Shown: positions 37,851 through 50,699 of the stretch, one piece after another | Layout of the letters: each line of letters opens with the position of its first letter | Position numbering within the stretch: the first letter of the stretch is position 1 | NCBI GenBank assembly: GCA_028534125.1 | Contig: CM052816.1 | Coordinates: 46,564,001 to 46,628,000, forward strand | Direction: 5' to 3' | Source: Lama glama | Lineage: Eukaryota | DNA length: 64,000 nt | Translations under genes and position numbers: made by a program | Notes under the pieces: generated by a model | Told to the model about the DNA's origin: nothing | Databases searched by the model: none | What the model saw: the letters and a program-made list of their open reading frames with translations, nothing else

Positions 37851-38059
37851 AGTTTCATCATGAATTATGTCCAGGAAATGGAAAGATGCAACGTTGAAAT
37901 AGTTTAAGACTGCTTTGCATGAGAGATTTCTCAAGCAACACACTGAAACGGGTGATACTTCTTCTAAGGTCTGGCTAATTCTCTATCCTGGTCCCTCCCA
38001 GTGGTCAGTGTCCTCCCTCTCGCTATCAAAATATGCTTTTTGGAAAGGTTTCACAAGCT

Positions 38060-38240
38060 GTCTGATTTATTCTTTATAGCAACACTATTTAGTAGGCATT
38101 AGTATTACTACTGCCAACTAAAGATGTGAAAGAGAAAGGTGCTTGAGGATTGAGTTACGTCCCCGTGGCTCTACAGTTTGTAAGTGGCGAGTAAGGATTC
38201 AAACCCAGGACGGTCAGGATTTGAGCACTTTTCTTTAAAC
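38060..38240 (-). mobile_element. MIR SINE
   Basis: 'gtaagtggcgagtaaggattcaaacccaggacggtc'. Confidence 0.65.
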
Positions 38241-38299
38241 ACTGCTAGTTCAGCAGTGTGTCTAGAACACAGTATGTGCACAATAAATATGAGCTACAT

Positions 38300-38412
38300 G
38301 AAAATAAAGGAAAAAGGAATGGGTGGAGAGAGGAGGGTGGGAGAAAGGGAAAGAGGAAGGGAAGGAAAAAAGAAGGAAGGAAGGGAAGGAGTGAGGGGAG
38401 GAGGAAAAAAGA
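38300..38412. repeat. GA-rich polypurine low-complexity tract
   Basis: About 110 nt almost entirely G/A with GGAA-like units. Confidence 0.9.
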
Positions 38413-39229
38413 ATCCTATTAATACCAAGTTGTGATGAATAGCATTTGAACTTGTGATCTTTCCATTTGCATGTGAACAGGAAAAAAATCCTAAACTGAG
38501 GAAATAAATTAGAATTTCAGGCATCTTCCAACAGGGTGAGAAATCTGGCAAAAGAGAATAAAGGTGCACTAAAATTCCAAGTTTGCCTTTTCAGAGCTTA
38601 GCAGTTAACTACAAACTCATGATAAAACAGTTCTGATGATTTCAGAGAGGACTTTCCAAGATGCAGCAAAATTATCAACCCTGTTTCTGCCCAAAGACCA
38701 CAGGCAAAATATTCCATGCAGCCCAGGAGTGGCTCCTTCCCATGGTTTCCAGATGGTTAGCTCAGAGGGTCTCAAATGCCAGAGGTGGAGAGTGAGAAAA
38801 ATTGGTTCCAAACATCCTAGTCTGCGGTTGCCCAATGGAGACCAGGACGGGCAAACCTAGAAGCAGAATGCAGGTTTCCAAGAATTCACTTGCAATAACT
38901 TTGGGTTAATTCCCTAGATTTAGCCAAGTCATTTAGGGTTCTAAGAAGAGTTTCTAGGGAGGTCTAGGAGTGGAGTCAAGTCCCGTTTCTGGAGATCTCA
39001 TCCAGTTCCTCCCTGTGTGTGGTTCTGTCTATATGAGGAGGCAGGGGTGGGGAGGGAAAGGTAGCACCAGAACACAGAAGCAGACAGGGAAGGGAAAAGG
39101 AGGAGGACTGGGACATTCTTTTAAGTCAAATTAAGTGAGCCATTCAAGGATCCTAAGATCTGAGGACCCTTCGGATCATTCTAACGTCATTTTCTCCATC
39201 TTGTTTTTAGATTACCTGTGGTCCATTAC

Positions 39230-39410
39230 CTAAGGGTCAGAGAGCCAGGCTCAAGGCTCAGCAGAATTTAACTGACTGATCAAATGGTCTTGGACAAATC
39301 ACTATATTTATACCTCAACTTCTCACTTATATTGATGACAATAATTGTGTGACCCACCTCACTTGATGAACGTAGAGGAAAAAAAAGCCTTTTATATTGT
39401 AAAATACTTT
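39230..39410 (+). mobile_element. MIR SINE fragment
   Basis: 'ggtcttggacaaatcact...cctcaacttctcacttat...cccacctcac...gtaaaatactttgta'. Confidence 0.55.
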
Positions 39411-42400
39411 GTAGCTGTGGTTGTTATCATTGCTTTATAAAATGAATGTTCCACTGTGCTGTTTGGCCTTCATTGTGTCTTTTTTTTTCCCCCTAAATTG
39501 TGATACTTGGAGGCCACAATGTACAGGTGGTCAAAATGGCTCATCACAATGATAACATGTCCTAGTACCTCCTGATGTATTAAAACATTGCTATAGAAAT
39601 ACCTACTACCTATGTCAAGTGGATGCCACCAAATAAAGGTAGACTGTACCTACACATGAATGCATACATTTCAAAACCTTGGGATAGGATATCACACATA
39701 TATTTTTTAATAAAATATTTTTTAGAAAAAAGTCTAAAACAGAATATATCATATAAATAATTTCTACCTTGTAACTACACAATATACAAGATAGACAGAG
39801 GATTAAGGAAAACGTAACTTCTCGATAACAAATGAATATGTTTCATACGCACACATATATACTTTATACCGTCTTTACACATACATATTTGATTTAAAGG
39901 CAATAAATATAACATAGATTGCAAGGTATAAGTAAGAAGTTCATTTTCAATTGTTAATTTTTGTCCAACTTTTTAGAAAATAAATACAAAGAGATGAAAA
40001 TCCTTTAATATTTCAGAAAGCACACCACAGTTCTAACGGGTAGATTAAGAAACAAATAGCTAAAATTTGGAGATCTCATTGTAAGTATTAGTGTTTTAAG
40101 ATTTTTTTTAATAAAACTCAATTATTCCATGCATGCCATTTAAGTTTAAAGAGAGGGAGAGAGAAAGTTTAAGTATTTAAATGCTGTAAACATTGAATTA
40201 AACATAACGTATACGTACACATATAATTGCTAAAAGGTATACATCATGCCGACTGATAATTTTCTCTCTCTTCGTTGAGTCTCTTCCACCTCAGCATAAT
40301 ACGTCACAACACTTTCTACAGAAAATCAAATGACACCACTTTCTCACTAGGTTCCCCTCAGGGAATAAAACTAAAGGACAAACTCTACAGGGCACCCTGG
40401 GTAAGAAATTATATTTGGTTGGTAGGAGCCTAGAGCCTGACAGGACCCAGGGTTCCCTAACACAATGAGGCCAGAGGAAAGGGAGAACAAAAGTTGGGGC
40501 AAGAGGAGTAGTTGGGAAAGGCAGACAAAATGATAATAGGGTCCAAGTGAGGAAGATGAAATCTTAGGTCGCAGGCTGGAAGGATGATGACTGGAAGGTT
40601 TGGAGAAAACGGGTTCTAGACGATACAAAGGGGTCACAGCTCTGCCTCTGGCAGGTCCTGCTGTGGAGGCACCTGATGACTTAAACTAGACAGTTACCAA
40701 CACTGTATTTCTCAAGGACACACCATGGAGTCTGTGACGATACTACCGTGCAGCCAGTGAGACACCAGGTAGAGGCACTTTCTCAGACACACATGGTCAA
40801 CTTCAATTACTTTCTTGCTACTGCTAATTTGTATCTAAACTCATTTTTTAAAAAATTCAACAGTATATTTGTTGATAGAAACACTGAAATGTCTAGAATT
40901 CTAAAATGAGAATGCATATTATCCTCATTTTAAGAAAAAAATATATTTCAAAGAAAATCTCCAAAGGGTTATAATAAGTTTCCTCTTAAAATCTCCAGTA
41001 ACTAATTTTAACAATGGCTTTCATATCTTTCTCAGTTGGGCATTTTGTTTAGCTTAAAAATAAGAAATAACTATAATATTTATTTTCTAGTAATGTCAGG
41101 AAGTTTCTGTTATTGCCCAACATGAAAATATTTCACTGTAGTCTAATTTTCCTCTTCCCTATACAGCATAAAGATCAAGAGCCATAAAAATAATTATTTT
41201 CCTGATGATTTCAATCTTCCTATTTCATAAAGGAAAGGAAGTGAAGGAAAACCACCTCTCAGCACTCCCAAACCAGTTTGCTTTTTGATTTTGCATATTC
41301 AGGCAACTAACTGTTGGCTGTTGTACTGGTTTGAATAATCCAACAAGGTACAAGAGAATCTAATGTCTATGTTAGAATCCACATCTGCTTCCGCTAGAAT
41401 GAAAACCCATCTGAGAATCAATGAAGCACATGGAGAGGGTCTAATTAAATCCCTATGCCACTTCCTTTAAAACTGTCAAATTGAAATTGTAATCGTGTAT
41501 TCATTCACCCCCAGTGGTGTAGTGGTAATTTTAGAAGTAGGAATATTTAAGCAATAAGACCCAACAGGGTGTGTTTTGCTAGGATATCAACAAGACTGGA
41601 TAGTTCCTAGGTAAGCAGCTGACAGACTGAAAACAAAATCTTTCCTAAATAGTGGGTGAATCAAGAGACCCTTCTACAAGTGGACAACCACACTAATGAC
41701 AGAGACTTAATTCTGTGTTAGGAATGAGAATGTATAATAGATGTATTTTTAAACTAATACCAAAAAAATCACCCTAACTATTTGATGAAAACAATACAAA
41801 GCATTGGCACATTAACTAAAAGTGATAATATGTTCAACAAATTAAAAATCAAACTTCCAAGATTTCTGGCTTTTGAAGTCACTGTAAAATTCCAAACACT
41901 TATTCTGTCTACAGCCCTCTTTCTTCTCCTGCCTAATGTTGCTGTTGCCTTAAATGACCCCCAACGAAAATCTAACTGAATAAGTATGAGAGGAATATAT
42001 GCTCTGCAACTTGTTCCTGGGGTATCTTTTTGCCTCGTTTTAGAGGACAGCAGCACTTTAAGGATGAATCTGTGTGGAATGTGCACTGAAATATCTATAC
42101 ACTCTTCACATATACTAATGTATATATTAACTGAGACTCACAATTACCCAGGATGGTTTTTGCAGTATATTAAAATAACTATTATGGAAGAAAGTCAACC
42201 AAATTATATAGCTAATTCACCGGATTCACGTAGATTCAATCTACGTTAAGAGGCTAGCAGGGTATATCCAGGCCTCATCAGAAGTATCTCCGTGTTCTGT
42301 GACTTTCTCAAGGCAGGAACAACAACAACAAAATCTGCAGACTAAATTGTTGAACTGCTTTCCTTGATATACTTGCTGACCGGAGAACTCAGTAAAGCCA

Positions 42401-45119
42401 AGTAAAGAAAGAAGGCTAGCATGACGACATTCAAACAATCTCCATGTAAAAATCTCCTCCACTCACTCACCTTCTCTTATTTTATGCCACCTCCCCCCAC
42501 CACATCCTCCTCTAAGTCCAACTCCAAACATGAACGTGTCAGCAGGGGTAGCTGTCTGTCTGCTCTGCAGGTGTAACCAGGCAGGAAAGATCATCAAGGT
42601 GGAGCAAGAATGAATAAAAAGGAAAATAGGGAGTTTGATTCTGCTTTTGCCCACCCCCCACCCCCAAACCTATTCTTTACTCCAACCCCCTCTCTACACA
42701 AAAGCCTTTTAGAAAGTTTTCCTCAGTCAAGCTAAGCCATCCTCTAAGATCACTGAGGATAACACAGCACCCTCAGAGGAAAATTAAGAGAGATTCCACT
42801 GTCCTGTTTGTCCAGGGTGCCCTTCAGGGAAGAATTAAGATAAGCAATGTTGATAGTTAAACATAATTTAAATAAAATAAAATACACATCTGTATAAGAA
42901 CCGCGGAAAACTGAGTAGAACTAGAGGTCACACAAAAGAGAAGTAACTGGATAATGGGCAGGCAGTCTTCCCACTTTCCTTGCCGCTTTGCTTAAGCCCA
43001 TTCAACTTCTGGTGCCCAGAAACAGGGAATAGGGAGAGGGTGGATGCTTAGAAGAATGGAAGTCTACTGCTGTGACCAAACAAATTCACCTTTTCTGATC
43101 CAATTCTCCTAGAATATGAACATCACTCGCACCACCAGCATGGAGAATTGTAACGCTAACTCACATTGCATTCTCTACCCTACACTGGCAACATGACTGC
43201 ATAGAGAGCAACAGAGTTTACAGGCAAGTTAAAGAAAGATAAAATTCACAAAGAGTAAGGATTGAAAACCATCAGAATACCAAGAGAATCCATAAGTTGC
43301 GTCTCTCTGCAGTAAGTCAGACCCTCATCAGTCAGTGACAGGGAGAACAGAAACAGGTTACAACAAAATTCCAACAGTGAACTCATAAAAAGAAGCATCA
43401 ACTTATATGTCTTGGGACTTTTCAAGCAAAGGTCAACTTTTGAATTCTAGGAGATTGCTCTTTGGGCTCTTATTTTACCTGAACCAATTTTGTCTACACT
43501 TAAAAAGAGCACATTATTTTCAAAGAGCGTATATTCCCACTTTCCAGGATTACAGGTAAATTTCTAAAATCTTGCAGGGAAAAAAAAAGTACTAAATTAC
43601 TTGTTTTCAACGCTCATTGGACAGCAAATTTGAGGGCTAGAGTTAATCAAATATTGTCCAGCAGACTATATCAGAGGCGTCAAATACATGACTCTAAATT
43701 AAAGTAATTATTTTATAGCTTTATTTCCACAAAAAAGTGATCAGTTTTACTGAAATAAAAGTATTATTTTTCAAACTAGTATTTTACTTTTTTTTTTTTT
43801 GGTAAAGAGACATATAAATGAGTTTCAAAAAGAATCTTTCACTTATAACATCATAGGATACGCCTTTTCATTTTTGCTGTGTTTTCACTTTTACACATAA
43901 TATAAAATATCATACATGTCTACAGTGAAATGGATTTATTTCCATTTAAATAAATGTGCTGATTACTAGCAACTTACATTGAAAGGAAATAATTTTAGAG
44001 CATTTAGATGATTCATTCTTTCATATATATCCAAAACAAAATGAACCATTTTAAGTATTAAGCATTATTAGCACCTTAAAATATAAGTCAATCTGCTACA
44101 ATGTAAGCAGGTTAGTAATAAAAAAAAATTAGACATCTAATTGGTCTTTGGCCAGATAAGAGACCCATATAAGACATCCAGGTCTACGCATTTTTAGATT
44201 AGATAACACCTGACTTACCTTGAGAGCAGAAAAGAGCAAAAACTTGTTAAAATCTCTGCTGTTTTAAGTAGAGATACTGTATCACGAAATACTTACTATT
44301 TGCTTTTTTTCCCTGCTGCTGGAAAAACACCTGCTTCTCACCCATTATCTGATTGCCGGGGTCCAAACAGTAGAGAGCAAATGTTCATTACCAAAAGGCT
44401 TTCTGAGTACTAAGTCTCACTAAACTTTACATATAGAATGATGGCTTGAGGGAGGAACAGTGATCCCAATAACCCTAATAACAATTTTGCTTTGGAAGCA
44501 CAGTGTTTGCAAGCTTTCCTATTTAATGTGGTTTTTGACACACCTGTGTAGCCTTGCCACAAGGCATGCTGGGAGCTCAGTGACGGGCTGACATAAAAGT
44601 GAGGTAAACTGGACTTGTGTCAAGTCAAGCCTAGGCAGACAGATTAATGTACCTTTAGATCCAGCCCTGCAGGAACCAAAATGTTATGCCTAGAAGAGCA
44701 TCACAGTCTCAGGCGCAATCCTGACTGGTGTTTATACACAGGAGGCCACCCATGGGAAGTACGTCACAGTTTATGCTTAGCGGGAGAGAGTGGTAGAGGC
44801 GTGGTAAGAGCTATCTGAGAGGTAAGCCTACAGCAAGTGGCCTGGGGTCTGTGGCAGCACCCTATTCCAGCAAATAGAACTGGATGACACCTGGGAAAAG
44901 AAGCACAGTCCTGGGAAGGGCACAGCGAGATCGGGAGACGTGGCTGCAGCTTGGTAGGCAGTGGTGGGACTGACCCAGAACAGTAAGACTAGCACCAAGT
45001 TCCCCTGAAGGCAGAAGGCTAGCTCATACTTCCTACTTCTCTTTCAGTCTTAGTTTTCTCTAGCTCAAACCTGGGCAGAAATGAGCCCACAAATTAAAGG
45101 TTTTCAATATCTAAATTTA

Positions 45120-45224
45120 TTTTTTTCTTTTCTTTTTTTCTTAATGGAGGTACTAGGGAATGAACCCAGGACCTTGTGCATGCTAAGCACGTGCTCTACC
45201 ACTAGGCTATACCATCCCGTCTTG
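45120..45224 (-). mobile_element. tRNA-derived SINE (camelid vic-1-like), short form
   Basis: Antisense Pol III A box (tagcctagtgg) and B box (gggttcattcc), poly-A tail; perfect 13-bp TSD atatctaaattta 45107-45119 / 45225-45237. Confidence 0.92.
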
Positions 45225-45672
45225 ATATCTAAATTTAAATGAGGCTAGAGAAGTTGTGAATCTACCTCCAGGTGATCATTTACCTTTTTTCTATCCAACA
45301 AATGCTAAATTCTACACACACACAGAAGCACTGACACATACACATGCTAACACACTTTTGTCAATATAGTATGAATGATTTTATGTTTAGACTTTTCAGA
45401 GATCCAAACTTACTGCTGACCGTCAAGCCTTCTTAATTTAAGACAACAACCAATAATACATTTCACTTAAGATTAGGAAAACCACATTAAATTCACGATC
45501 TTTCACATTTGAGCACGGGGTTGAAAATGTTCGTAAAATGATGGACTTTACTTACAGATGAGTTTTAGGCTTAAATTTCATCACAGACTATGAAAATCAG
45601 TGGGAAGTGTAGAGTTGTGGAATAACCAGTGGGAATATACACATTTCCAATTCTGGGTTTCCTAACCTTAAA

Positions 45673-45726
45673 CTTTTTTTTTGACTTTTTTTTTTAATTG
45701 AGTTATAGTCAGTTTACAATGTTGTG
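45673..45726 (-). mobile_element. Extremely 5'-truncated L1 3' tail
   Basis: Poly-T + 'aattgagttatagtcagtttacaatgttgtg'; TSD cctaaccttaaa 45661-45672 / cctaatcttaaa 45727-45738. Confidence 0.85.
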
Positions 45727-45861
45727 CCTAATCTTAAAGTCTTTGTATCTTGATTTACAAATGCAAACTTTGAACTTCTCCAGTTGAAATATTTCTTAAA
45801 TTTTATTATAGAAGGATTTATGTATACATCCAATTATTCCATTTACTTAGAAAACAGACTG

Positions 45862-45893
45862 AAAGAGCAATGATGCTAAAGAGCAATGATGCT
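45862..45893. repeat. Perfect 16-bp tandem duplication
   Basis: aaagagcaatgatgct twice. Confidence 0.95.
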
Positions 45894-48800
45894 GGATTTC
45901 AGATGTCTGGAGGAAATACTGCATGCATGACATCTGCTTCCCCTGGGGATTTGACACACATGTGTTTTAATGTACTGATGTGTTCTTCATTACCTTAGAA
46001 GCTATATACTAAAGACAAGAGTGTGTTTCAGTTTTCAAGGAAAAGAAAAAAAAACATAAATCCCAAAGCCCTTCTCTCTGAAGAAAAATAATTTAGGGGT
46101 TAAGCTTTCAGAAAAAAAAATGCAAATAATTATGTTTCTAAATGGCCCAACTTTTTAAAGATTATGTATATGTTTTCCATTGCCTTTCCATACATGTCTA
46201 TCTTTCTTGTTACTAAAAAGTTATCCAGAGCCAGAAAGAACATGCCTTTGAAAATCAACAGCTAAAAGAAATAAGATCTGCATCTCTAAATAGTGCAAGT
46301 CACCAATTTAATGTGTTTGAGGTATTAATCCTCTGGAAAATTATTTGGCCTCCAGAAGCGGTGAATTGTTAAACATCTTTGGTGGATACCCTGGAGTTTT
46401 GCCACAAACTGACACATGAAGTCCCAGGCCAAACACAGAAATCCACCATTCTCCATTGCACCAGCTGGCTTGTTAACATCCACATCTATGAAGAATTCCC
46501 CTTAACTAAAAAGATATAAAATATCCAACACACTTCCATGATTCTCATTCAGTATCTGTTCAACCAATTTGCAAACTAAAGACTATTCTCCTCTCAGATC
46601 ACCTGAATTTAATAGCAATTCAGATGATAGCATGAAGAACAAAACATACTGCAAGGTGAGGTCCACATATCACATGGGTACATGAGATAAAACCTTTTTT
46701 TTCCACTTTATTTGTCCTTTGCCTGAGATGACCACATCAAATGATCAGATGTTACTCTGCAGCATGAGAACCTGATGGAGCTTTGCAATCAAGTATCTCA
46801 AATCATTCCTTTAGTCCAGACAGCCATAATAAGCATTCTCAAAGGGTCTAAACCAGACCCTTTAATGAACATGAGCTGCCTCACATCAGCTGAGAGGACA
46901 ACTGTCTCCTGATATTAAAGAGCAATTGATATCCACACTAGGTTTTCCCTGGCATCATCTCTAGAATCTTGGATTCAGACCTTCAATTCATGTATCTGGG
47001 TGCACTGAAATAAAGCTAAAAAGACTTTTAAAATCTCCCACTCAGTGAATTGAAGTATACAAGTGATGTGATTTAGTAAACTGGATCTACACACTTAATT
47101 CAATGCATTTCACAGTTTAATTTGGAGAATTAGAATTAATTTTACACTTATTACAAGGGCTTTTCCTATTAAAAATAGAGACACAAAGGTATTCTGGGTG
47201 AGTAAGGGATGGATGTTAAAAGGCCCCACTGAAAGACTAATAAAAGATAACTTAAATGTCACCATCTCTCTGTCAAAGGGCGTAGACAATATTTTCAGTT
47301 TGATGTGAAAATTCTACCCTTGTTTTTTGGTGTTGAATTCTAAACGTAAATTCTATAGTTGGGGGAAAGAGATATGTGTGTACATAACAAGTGAAACACT
47401 GACAGGCTTGGAAACTAAAATTTTCTGTGTATCCAAAGGTTATGTTTAGTGCATTCAACCATACTATGAATGTAGAAAATCTACATGAGCTTGCCAACGA
47501 GCACCTCTAGGGTAGAATGAAAATTCAGTGCCCACCTCAGCTAGGCATTCACCAGGGACAGCTGATCAAGTCGAGCTGACTGAGGCAAGTTATTATTAGC
47601 AAACATATTTGTTGAAGATGAGATTCAGTAGTTTTTATGGTCTATGCCTCTTTTGGTTTGAATATTTTCAAAGCCTAGGAAACTATAAAAATATTAATGT
47701 GAGTTCTTCATTGATTTAATGACTAAAACAATAAGTTGATAAATAGATTAGTGGAGACTGAATGTATAAATGGATGGATAGATGAACTTATGAACTTTCA
47801 AAGACTATAATTTATAATATAGTTTTTATTTAAATAAAAGACCAAAGTGTTTAACTTTCTTCTTGTAGTATATGGGCTGAAATTGTACCCATAGATTGAA
47901 GACAGCTGAGGGAGCAATTGGGGAAAATTTTCCTTGAGAAACTATGATGACACAACAATTCACTTTCTGTATATCGTAGATATTATCATGAAAGATAAAT
48001 TGAAGAGATTCCAAGAAAGAAAAAGATATCATGGTTCTAGGTAGTCTTCAGTCAGGAAGCTTACACTTACAAGACTTCATCTGTTTATAGATTTTACAAA
48101 ACTATATTTCAAACATCTTGGCTGGATATACGCAGTACATCAGAACAAGTAATTAGTTTATGATAAGCTAGATTCTCCATACACCAGGATCATCTCCAGT
48201 TGTAAATTAAGCACCAGTGGAAGTCAAATCAGCACAGTATAATTTATTAAGCTACTGCTGTGTTAATGCAACTTCCAAAGGTAGCTCATTTACTATCTGG
48301 GATTTGATTAGCCCCTAGAATTACAGGATTTGTTTTATTCAGATAAGGCTATTTCAAACCTATAAATTTCGCAAACTGACCCTGAGAGATAAAAATATCT
48401 GTGAATTTAAGTATGTTGAAAATCTGTAAAATTCTAACTCATTCATTTGCCATCCATATTGAGACCCTGCTAGTTGTGCCAGGAGTTATGAAATATGTAA
48501 TCCTGCTGTTTTTCAAAGATAAGTAAGGTAATATCATGGGGAGGCATACTTTGCTCAGGGATCCTTACACCATTATGATACTACCCAATACGTTATGGCA
48601 ATTGTAATACTTTGTAGACCGGTGGAAAATATATCTAAAAATAACTGTGCCATTTCTGAGCAAAAGCAGAAGTAATTGATGTTTCCTAGAAAAATGATCC
48701 CACCTGGCTTTGTAGGAGAGCAGCATGAGCGTTTCAATGACAGGTAGATCCAGAACAGAGCTTTGTCCTCAATATCATTCCAATTCTCTGAAACCCCAAA

Positions 48801-49589
48801 GCAAGGTTCATAGGGATTCTTTAGAATGCTCCACTTGAAAGCCAGATTACACTATTTAAGTGGCCTATGGAGTTCTGTATTAAAGGCTCCCTGCTGCTCA
48901 GGCATTTTTTCCCATTATAATATATTGCTGTAGATTTAACACTGAAGATGTTCTATCATTTAACTAATATGGCTCAAAAGGTTGTCATCGGGGACGCTTC
49001 TAAATTATATCACTGCAAATAAACCTTGCTACGGAAAAAAATTGCTTATTTAGCAAAGACATTTCATGGCATATTTGCATAAAAATACAACTTCTGTCTT
49101 TCATGTTCATCCGTAACATTGCTGTTGAGCAGAAGAGCATTAGATGTGTTACAAATACAAGCGACTTTGGCAGCAAGCTAATTTATAAATGCATATTTGC
49201 AAACTTTAAGTGCACTGCTACGCCCTAACTTATACCCAGCATAACTCATAGATGTCTGCATAATCAAAAAAGAGAAAAAATACTTATTACTCAGCTTTCC
49301 CATTTAACTTACAGGAAATTGGTAATCAACCACTGGATGTTAGTCCTCTGTTATATGTGGTCTGCAAAGTAGGTGAATAAAGCAATTCAAAGCAAGGCAA
49401 GGCAGTTTCCAGAGGAGAATGAAATATTGGCTGCCTGGTTAGATTTTTTTGAAGAGGTTTTTTTAACCCCTTTTCTGAAACCAACTAACAGTGAATGCGA
49501 AAGCAGACATGAGAATGAAAGCTATTTACCAAGCATTTTCAAGCCCTCTTGATCTCAGCTGAGTGTCTGTGCTTGTTGGATACTGCAGA

Positions 49590-49740
49590 ACGTGTTAATA
49601 GTGCAGGCTTTAGAATCAAAGAAGGCCGGGTTCAGTATTTGTCGTACATACGAGCTATGTCATCTTAGACAAGTTTGACCTAAGACTCAATTTTCTCATA
49701 TATTTTTAAACATGCATAATATACTGAGCTTTGTAGTTAA
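49590..49740 (+). mobile_element. MIR SINE
   Basis: 'caggctttagaatcaaa...gggttcag...gagctatgtcatcttagacaagtt...ctcaattttctcat'. Confidence 0.7.
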
Positions 49741-49749
49741 AAGAAGTTA

Positions 49750-49915
49750 ACAGCCTTTTGAGTTAGATGAGGCAGACACTTTTACCTAAGTTTTACAGAT
49801 AGGAAAATTAAGACTCAATGAATTTAAGAGATTTGTTCAATGTCACGTGCATAGATAATAGCAGAGTTGGGTACATATTCCAAGATTTCTGGCTCATGAC
49901 TTAAAGACATTTTTG
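49750..49915 (-). mobile_element. MIR SINE
   Basis: 'ttttacagataggaaaattaagactca...atttgttcaatgtcac...gcagagttggg'. Confidence 0.7.
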
Positions 49916-50539
49916 TTTCAATATGCAGGATTCTCAATTTGCCTAGTTTTTGCTGGGTGTCCTGACCTCACTAATGTACACATGAGTTAGTTTTATTCTT
50001 AATCCAAACAAATCTTTATTAGATTCAGGCATATTAAAAAGCAAAGAAAAACAAAACATTAAACAGCTAGTCAGGTCAAAAGCCTCATATCTGCTATGTT
50101 GAAAGTCTGTCCCCAGTTCTCCTAAACTGTTCCTACTTTTCACAGATTCTTTCTATATTTGATTTTTGAACTTGAAAAATATAAGACTTCAGCTTCTCTC
50201 TGAGACTCCAACAGAGTCCTGTGATACAGGAAATACAGGATGAAGGAGGCCATTTGTACGTATGCCATCCATGGACAGAATGTTGACTGGGCAATGCCTT
50301 GGTTGCCACATGCTTACAATAAAGGTTTTTTTCCCTCTATTTAATTAACATGATTATCTCAAAATAGATTATAATAATGGTCGTAACAAAATATATGTCT
50401 GTGAATTAATTTATTTACATATTCAATCAAAAGGTTTTTGAAGTTAGAATTTATCTGTGTCATTTGTACAATATAACATATTATGTAATTTATGTATTTA
50501 TTTCCTTTATTTTGCTCCTTTTATTTTCACTAAAACTAA

Positions 50540-50665
50540 AAGGCAGAATTTGTAACTATTATTGGCATACAATATCCCCAACACCTGGAAAAAGTGCCTA
50601 AGGCATAGGCATCTAATACGTATTTGTTAGATAAATAAGTGAATGAATGACTGAGTGAATGAATG
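50540..50665 (+). mobile_element. L2 LINE 3' end
   Basis: 'tatccccaacacctgg...gtgcct...catagg...tatttgtt...gaatgaatga'. Confidence 0.75.
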
Positions 50666-50699
50666 CATCCCTCAAATACATCCCCTTTCCTTTTTGTAC

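Noticed and set aside
47869..48040. Plus-strand exon candidate after tttaactttcttcttgtag
   Set aside because: Stops in all three frames within about 30 nt and a weak donor (TAG|gtagtc)
49590..49915. Inverted MIR pair as a dsRNA source
   Set aside because: Copies are old and heavily diverged, so stable pairing is unlikely
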